Source of the DNA: Vicugna vicugna
Lineage: Eukaryota
Reading direction: 5' to 3'
DNA length: 64,000 bases
Assembly: GCA_013265495.1 (NCBI GenBank)
Contig: MU058687.1
Location: 744,001 to 808,000 of the forward strand
The notes under the pieces were generated by a model. It saw nothing but the letters and a program-made list of their open reading frames with translations. It was not told the DNA's origin and searched no databases. The translations under genes were made by a program, and so were the position numbers. Shown here piece by piece: positions 61,901 through 64,000 of the stretch. Every line of letters begins with the position of its first letter. The stretch's first letter is position 1.

Positions 61901-62450
61901 CCCTGGGGCCAGAAGCCCTGCTGTTCCTGCCCCTCAAGAAAGGTCTGCAGCTAAGGGATCAGGCGCTGGAAGAGGCAGCTACAGCTCATCCAGACGTCAC
62001 AGCAGAGGCAACACACATCCCCCTAAAGTAAATGAGGCAACAGATGGGACAGTAGTGATTAGAGAAGAAACATAAGAAATAGAAAACCCCAAACTGCAAA
62101 GCCCCCGAAGAAATGCCTAAAGCCCAAAGAGAAGCTGTGAGTGGCTCTGTCTCAGCAGGAGGGGGCAGATCAGGTTCGGTACATTGGGCCCAATTCCAGG
62201 TCCAGTAGCAGCCCCTGGGCCCTGCGATGGGGCCTAGAGGGCATTTCTGCTCTCAGCCTGGCCCATGGACCCTGAGGATTCCATCTCGCCTCCTGGCCTC
62301 CCCACCCTGGTCCCCGCCAGCACTCACACACACAGCGACTCCTCGATGGATCCAGCATGAGGCCGGGTCTGCAGGTGCAGAGGTAGCTGCCCCTGGTGTT
62401 CACGCACTCCGAGTCCTCGCACAGGCCCAGGGTCAAGCACTCGTTGACAT
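31816..62450 (-). CDS. LTBP2: Latent TGF-beta binding protein 2, 3' part (27 exons, ~1209 aa; 5' exons lie beyond the right edge)
   Basis: cbEGF and 8-Cys TB exons in LTBP2 order, ending ...GPPHCTAKE*; all introns GT-AG; exon lengths sum to 3629 nt in one frame; synteny with ISCA2 and NPC2. Confidence 0.98.
32267..32285 (+). promoter_or_regulatory. Putative CTCF site
   Basis: GGCCCACTAGGGGGCAGCA matches the CCACYAGRGGGCRS core. Confidence 0.5.
32412..32561 (-). CDS. LTBP2: LTBP2 exon ~35, EGF
   Basis: [50 protein letters not shown]. Confidence 0.95.
33548..33829 (-). CDS. LTBP2: LTBP2 exon ~34, TB end plus Tyr/Pro-rich linker
   Basis: [31 protein letters not shown]...YVASHP; tgacag / gtctgt. 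Confidence 0.94.
34124..34291 (-). CDS. LTBP2: LTBP2 exon ~33, last TB domain
   Basis: [22 protein letters not shown]...[23 protein letters not shown]. Confidence 0.95.
34374..34511 (-). CDS. LTBP2: LTBP2 exon ~32, cbEGF
   Basis: [46 protein letters not shown]; donor gtcagt; 82-nt intron follows. Confidence 0.93.
34847..34975 (-). CDS. LTBP2: LTBP2 exon ~31, cbEGF
   Basis: [43 protein letters not shown]. Confidence 0.95.
35045..35262 (+). mobile_element. MIR SINE
   Basis: ggttgaatcccggccttgccactt...ggcaagttacttaa...gcctcggtttcct...tggcacatagcaagcactcaa. Confidence 0.75.
35635..35718 (-). CDS. LTBP2: LTBP2 exon ~30, TB end
   Basis: [27 protein letters not shown]. Confidence 0.94.
35836..36027 (-). 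CDS. LTBP2: LTBP2 exon ~29, TB domain
   Basis: [23 protein letters not shown]...[23 protein letters not shown]; atgtag / gtaagg. Confidence 0.94.
36100..36330 (-). mobile_element. MIR SINE
   Basis: aaccttatgaggtgggtattatcatc...ttttatagacgaggcagttgaggcttagagaag...tgacttgcccc. Confidence 0.7.
36443..36516. repeat. 37-bp tandem duplication in an LTBP2 intron
   Basis: cttgctttctcccaagtcagagaaggcca(g/t)atgagt(c/t) twice. Confidence 0.9.
36963..37106 (-). CDS. LTBP2: LTBP2 exon ~28, cbEGF
   Basis: [48 protein letters not shown]. Confidence 0.95.
37672..37797 (-). CDS. LTBP2: LTBP2 exon ~27, cbEGF
   Basis: [42 protein letters not shown]. Confidence 0.95.
38065..38196 (-). CDS. LTBP2: LTBP2 exon ~26, cbEGF
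   Basis: [44 protein letters not shown]. Confidence 0.95.
38869..38991 (-). CDS. LTBP2: LTBP2 exon ~25, cbEGF
   Basis: [41 protein letters not shown]. Confidence 0.95.
39362..39381 (-). promoter_or_regulatory. Putative CTCF site
   Basis: Minus strand reads CCAGCAGCAGGGGGCGCTAG, matching the CAGCAGGGGGCGC core. Confidence 0.5.
39390..39515 (-). CDS. LTBP2: LTBP2 exon ~24, cbEGF
   Basis: [42 protein letters not shown]. Confidence 0.95.
39621..39743 (-). CDS. LTBP2: LTBP2 exon ~23, cbEGF
   Basis: [41 protein letters not shown]. Confidence 0.95.
40160..40345. mobile_element. MER5-type hAT-Charlie DNA transposon remnant
   Basis: gagcttgttagataacagatccc...ggcccaggaatctgtgtgttgagcagactcccccagtgattctgatgca. 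Confidence 0.65.
40511..40636 (-). CDS. LTBP2: LTBP2 exon ~22, cbEGF
   Basis: [42 protein letters not shown]. Confidence 0.95.
41073..41198 (-). CDS. LTBP2: LTBP2 exon ~21, cbEGF
   Basis: [42 protein letters not shown]. Confidence 0.95.
41403..41525 (-). CDS. LTBP2: LTBP2 exon ~20, cbEGF
   Basis: [41 protein letters not shown]; ccgcag / gtacag. Confidence 0.95.
42612..42731 (-). CDS. LTBP2: LTBP2 exon ~19, cbEGF
   Basis: [40 protein letters not shown]. Confidence 0.95.
   Translation of the reverse strand: MSTNAITLAPALMGDASTPPAPTLAWPVRRATGARAGAV
44576..44969 (+). mobile_element. MLT1-type MaLR LTR
   Basis: tgtgg...gttctaagtcaccaagattggagttgcttgttaacacagcataacctggtttatcctggcacaaca. Confidence 0.6.
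45170..45753 (+). mobile_element. 5'-truncated L1 (ORF2 end plus 3'UTR) with TSD, antisense to LTBP2
   Basis: attcatagcagcactatttacaatagccaag...tggaatactactcagccataaaaaagaat...tatacttcaataaaa; TSD AAAGATTCTG at 45160-45169 and 45754-45763. Confidence 0.88.
48231..48350 (-). CDS. LTBP2: LTBP2 exon ~18, cbEGF
   Basis: [40 protein letters not shown]. Confidence 0.95.
49712..49890. mobile_element. MER5-type DNA transposon remnant
   Basis: ccagagattctgacccagcag...gggcccagaagcttgcatttcaataa. Confidence 0.55.
50010..50430 (+). mobile_element. Old L1M ORF2 fragment
   Basis: A-rich acacccatacaaagatggactcc...atgtgaaaggcaaa...ataggagactatctttgtgac...aaatttctacataaggaaactcaatggctaa. Confidence 0.55.
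51270..51490 (+). mobile_element. MIR SINE
   Basis: cacctgtctaagcctcagtctgctaacgtataaaatgggg...gctggcataggagaagtgctcatt...tagctattatt. Confidence 0.65.
52338..52466 (-). CDS. LTBP2: LTBP2 exon ~17, cbEGF
   Basis: [43 protein letters not shown]. Confidence 0.95.
53210..53338 (-). CDS. LTBP2: LTBP2 exon ~16, EGF
   Basis: [42 protein letters not shown]. Confidence 0.95.
55495..55608 (-). CDS. LTBP2: LTBP2 exon ~15, Pro-rich linker
   Basis: [37 protein letters not shown]; ctgcag / gtactt. Confidence 0.88.
56508..56547 (-). CDS. LTBP2: LTBP2 exon ~14, 40 nt
   Basis: gtgcag|[14 protein letters not shown]|gtgagt. Confidence 0.9.
57766..57785 (-). CDS. LTBP2: LTBP2 exon ~13, 20-nt microexon
   Basis: ttcccag|GTGACTCTCAGGCTGGCCAG|gtaagt = GDSQAGQ. 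Confidence 0.9.
58810..59040 (-). CDS. LTBP2: LTBP2 exon ~12, TB end plus linker
   Basis: [33 protein letters not shown]...TIPDK; ttgcag / gtatct. Confidence 0.94.
58867..58896. repeat. Perfect 15-bp in-frame tandem duplication in LTBP2 exon ~12
   Basis: gcctctccactggcc twice, encoding [10 protein letters not shown]. Confidence 0.95.
59295..59459 (-). CDS. LTBP2: LTBP2 exon ~11, TB domain
   Basis: [15 protein letters not shown]...[23 protein letters not shown]; ttgcag / gtaaca. Confidence 0.95.
60330..60840 (+). mobile_element. MLT1-type MaLR LTR
   Basis: gcctggatccaaccgagcctgagg...cctggacttcctagtt...gcttaaggtagtttgagttgggttttgtgacacttgc. Confidence 0.6.
62328..62450 (-). CDS. LTBP2: LTBP2 exon ~10, cbEGF
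   Basis: [41 protein letters not shown]; ctgcag / gtgagt. Confidence 0.95.
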
Positions 62451-62584
62451 CTGCAGGGTAGAGGGAGATGACCAAGTGCCCGCCCCACTGAGGCCTGATG
62501 GAGGGGAGGGGCTGGGGCAGAGCTCCTCAATGACTTTCTCCAAATAGAAGAACCACAATAAGAGAGCTGCCATTTACTGAGTGT

Positions 62585-62895
62585 GATTCCTCTCTCTGTG
62601 CCTCAGTTTCCTATTTGTAAAGTGAGGATAATAAATAGTAACTCCCATATAGTACTGTTAGGGGGATAAAATAAGATAAAAATTGCAAATCACTGGGTCC
62701 AGTAACTGGTCATAATGGTCATAATATTAAGAGCTAATGTTTATTGAGTCCCTAGAATGTGCCAGGTGGTTTACATACAATACCTCATTTAATCGTCATA
62801 ATGTTATCAAGTAGGTCCACATGGCCTCATTTTATAGGAGAGGAAACTGAGTTTCCAGGTAACTTGCCCAGAGTCACTCAGCTAGTAAGTAGCAT
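62585..62895. mobile_element. Two MIR fragments in opposite orientation
   Basis: ctctgtgcctcagtttcctatttgtaaagtgaggataata (+), then ctcatttaatcgtcataat...ttttataggagaggaaactgag...aacttgccc (-). Confidence 0.65.
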
Positions 62896-63769
62896 GCTGG
62901 GAAGTAACAGGAGGAGACTGTGAGGGAAAAGTTTGAGTTGGAGGGTGGAGAATGGGCTGCTAAGTCCCCCCTATTCAGCCTTCCTTGAGAGAACCTGAAG
63001 CATCTCAGATGCTGAATCCAAGGTCCAGGGACCAAGTCCGCAGTGAGAAGCTGCAGGATGAAGGGACCCGGGTAAGGACCAGAAGGCAGGAGGCTGGAGG
63101 TAGGTGCTGGGGGAGGGGGAGAGGGTTAGGAAGGCATGTCTCCAAGTTCTCTGACGACCCCAGCCTCAGGCAGGCCACCCCCTCACCCGCAGACCAATAG
63201 ATGCTTGTGCTACGCTTCAAACAAGGGAAACGTTAGCTTCCTTTGTGACCTCAGAAACGTTTCATGATGGAAATTTCTTCGTGCCAAGGGGAAATCCCAA
63301 CCCTCACACTCTAAGCTCCAAGAAGTCAGGGGCTCCCTTGGTGATAGCACCAGTGCTGATGACAGTGATGGCAGCAGTGATGGTGAGCAGGGAGGGGCAC
63401 CCACCTCTGGGGCCAGGAGACAGCACATGGCAGCCCAGTATCAGCAGAGCCATCTGCTCACTGGCAGGCTTTGGGGAAGTTGGCACTGAGCACAGGAATA
63501 AAGGGGCTGAAAGATGACCCAGCTTGGGCACCAAAGGGAACTGCTCCTTGGCAGGATGCCCTATTGGGAGGGAGAGCTGGGAAGGGGAACTGATCCATTT
63601 GTTCCAGACTGTGACCAGGATGATGTCTAAACAGAAATCTGACTTGGCTCCTGTCTGCTTGAAAAGCCTCCGGGCTCCCCATTACCTCTTAGAGGGAGCT
63701 CCTAAAACCCTACCTGGTATCCAAGGCCCTCCACCATTTCTCAAGGCCTGTGGGCGAGCGGGCGGCTCT

Positions 63770-64000
63770 GATAAGACACTGGGATGCCCGTGTTGTTTCC
63801 TGTGGGTACACAGGCTGTACTCCAGCCAGTCCAAACTGCTCCTTTGCTTATGCTGTTCCCTCAGCCTGGAATGCCAACATCCCCTTTAGTGGGCCAAGTC
63901 TGTTTTTTTTTAGTTTAGGCCAGGTATCACCTGAAGCCTTCCCCGATCCTCCAGTCTGAGAAGGGGCCCCACCATGGGATCCATAGCAGTGCCTCTTTCC
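63770..64000 (+). mobile_element. L2 fragment
   Basis: cctttgcttatgctgttccctcagcctggaatgcc...tcacctgaagccttcccc. Confidence 0.55.

Noticed and set aside
31816..62450. Regularly repeated cactcatc/cacattcgt motifs as a CRISPR-like array
   Set aside because: They are the D-x-D/N-E-C starts of repeated cbEGF exons; the context is eukaryotic.

Overview
Mammalian nuclear DNA from the conserved NPC2–ISCA2–LTBP2 block (human 14q24.3 synteny; SYNDIG1L and VRTN are expected beyond the left edge). A tRNA-derived SINE at ~17.83-17.96 kb resembles the camelid Vic-1 family, so the source is probably alpaca, llama or camel (inference). Three genes were reconstructed by hand from splice sites. NPC2 (minus, 4 coding exons, 149 aa) and ISCA2 (plus, 4 exons, 153 aa, one GC-AG intron) are complete and share a head-to-head CpG-island promoter with only 444 bp between the ATGs. 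The 3' 27 coding exons of LTBP2 (minus, 3629 coding nt including the stop, frame intact) run off the right edge. The rest is intron or intergenic sequence with MIR, L2, L1, MaLR/ERV LTR and hAT elements. Nearly all ORF-track entries are spurious or exon-plus-intron read-throughs. I found no clearly new gene system. The best unexplained signals are an RFX X-box cluster ~2.5 kb past the NPC2 3' end, an orphan 48-nt minus-strand exon carrying an ATG at 4459-4506, and an RGD motif plus a perfect in-frame 15-bp duplication in LTBP2 linkers. LTBP2 exon numbers are counted back from a 36-exon human structure, and all human comparisons are from memory and need checking by alignment.
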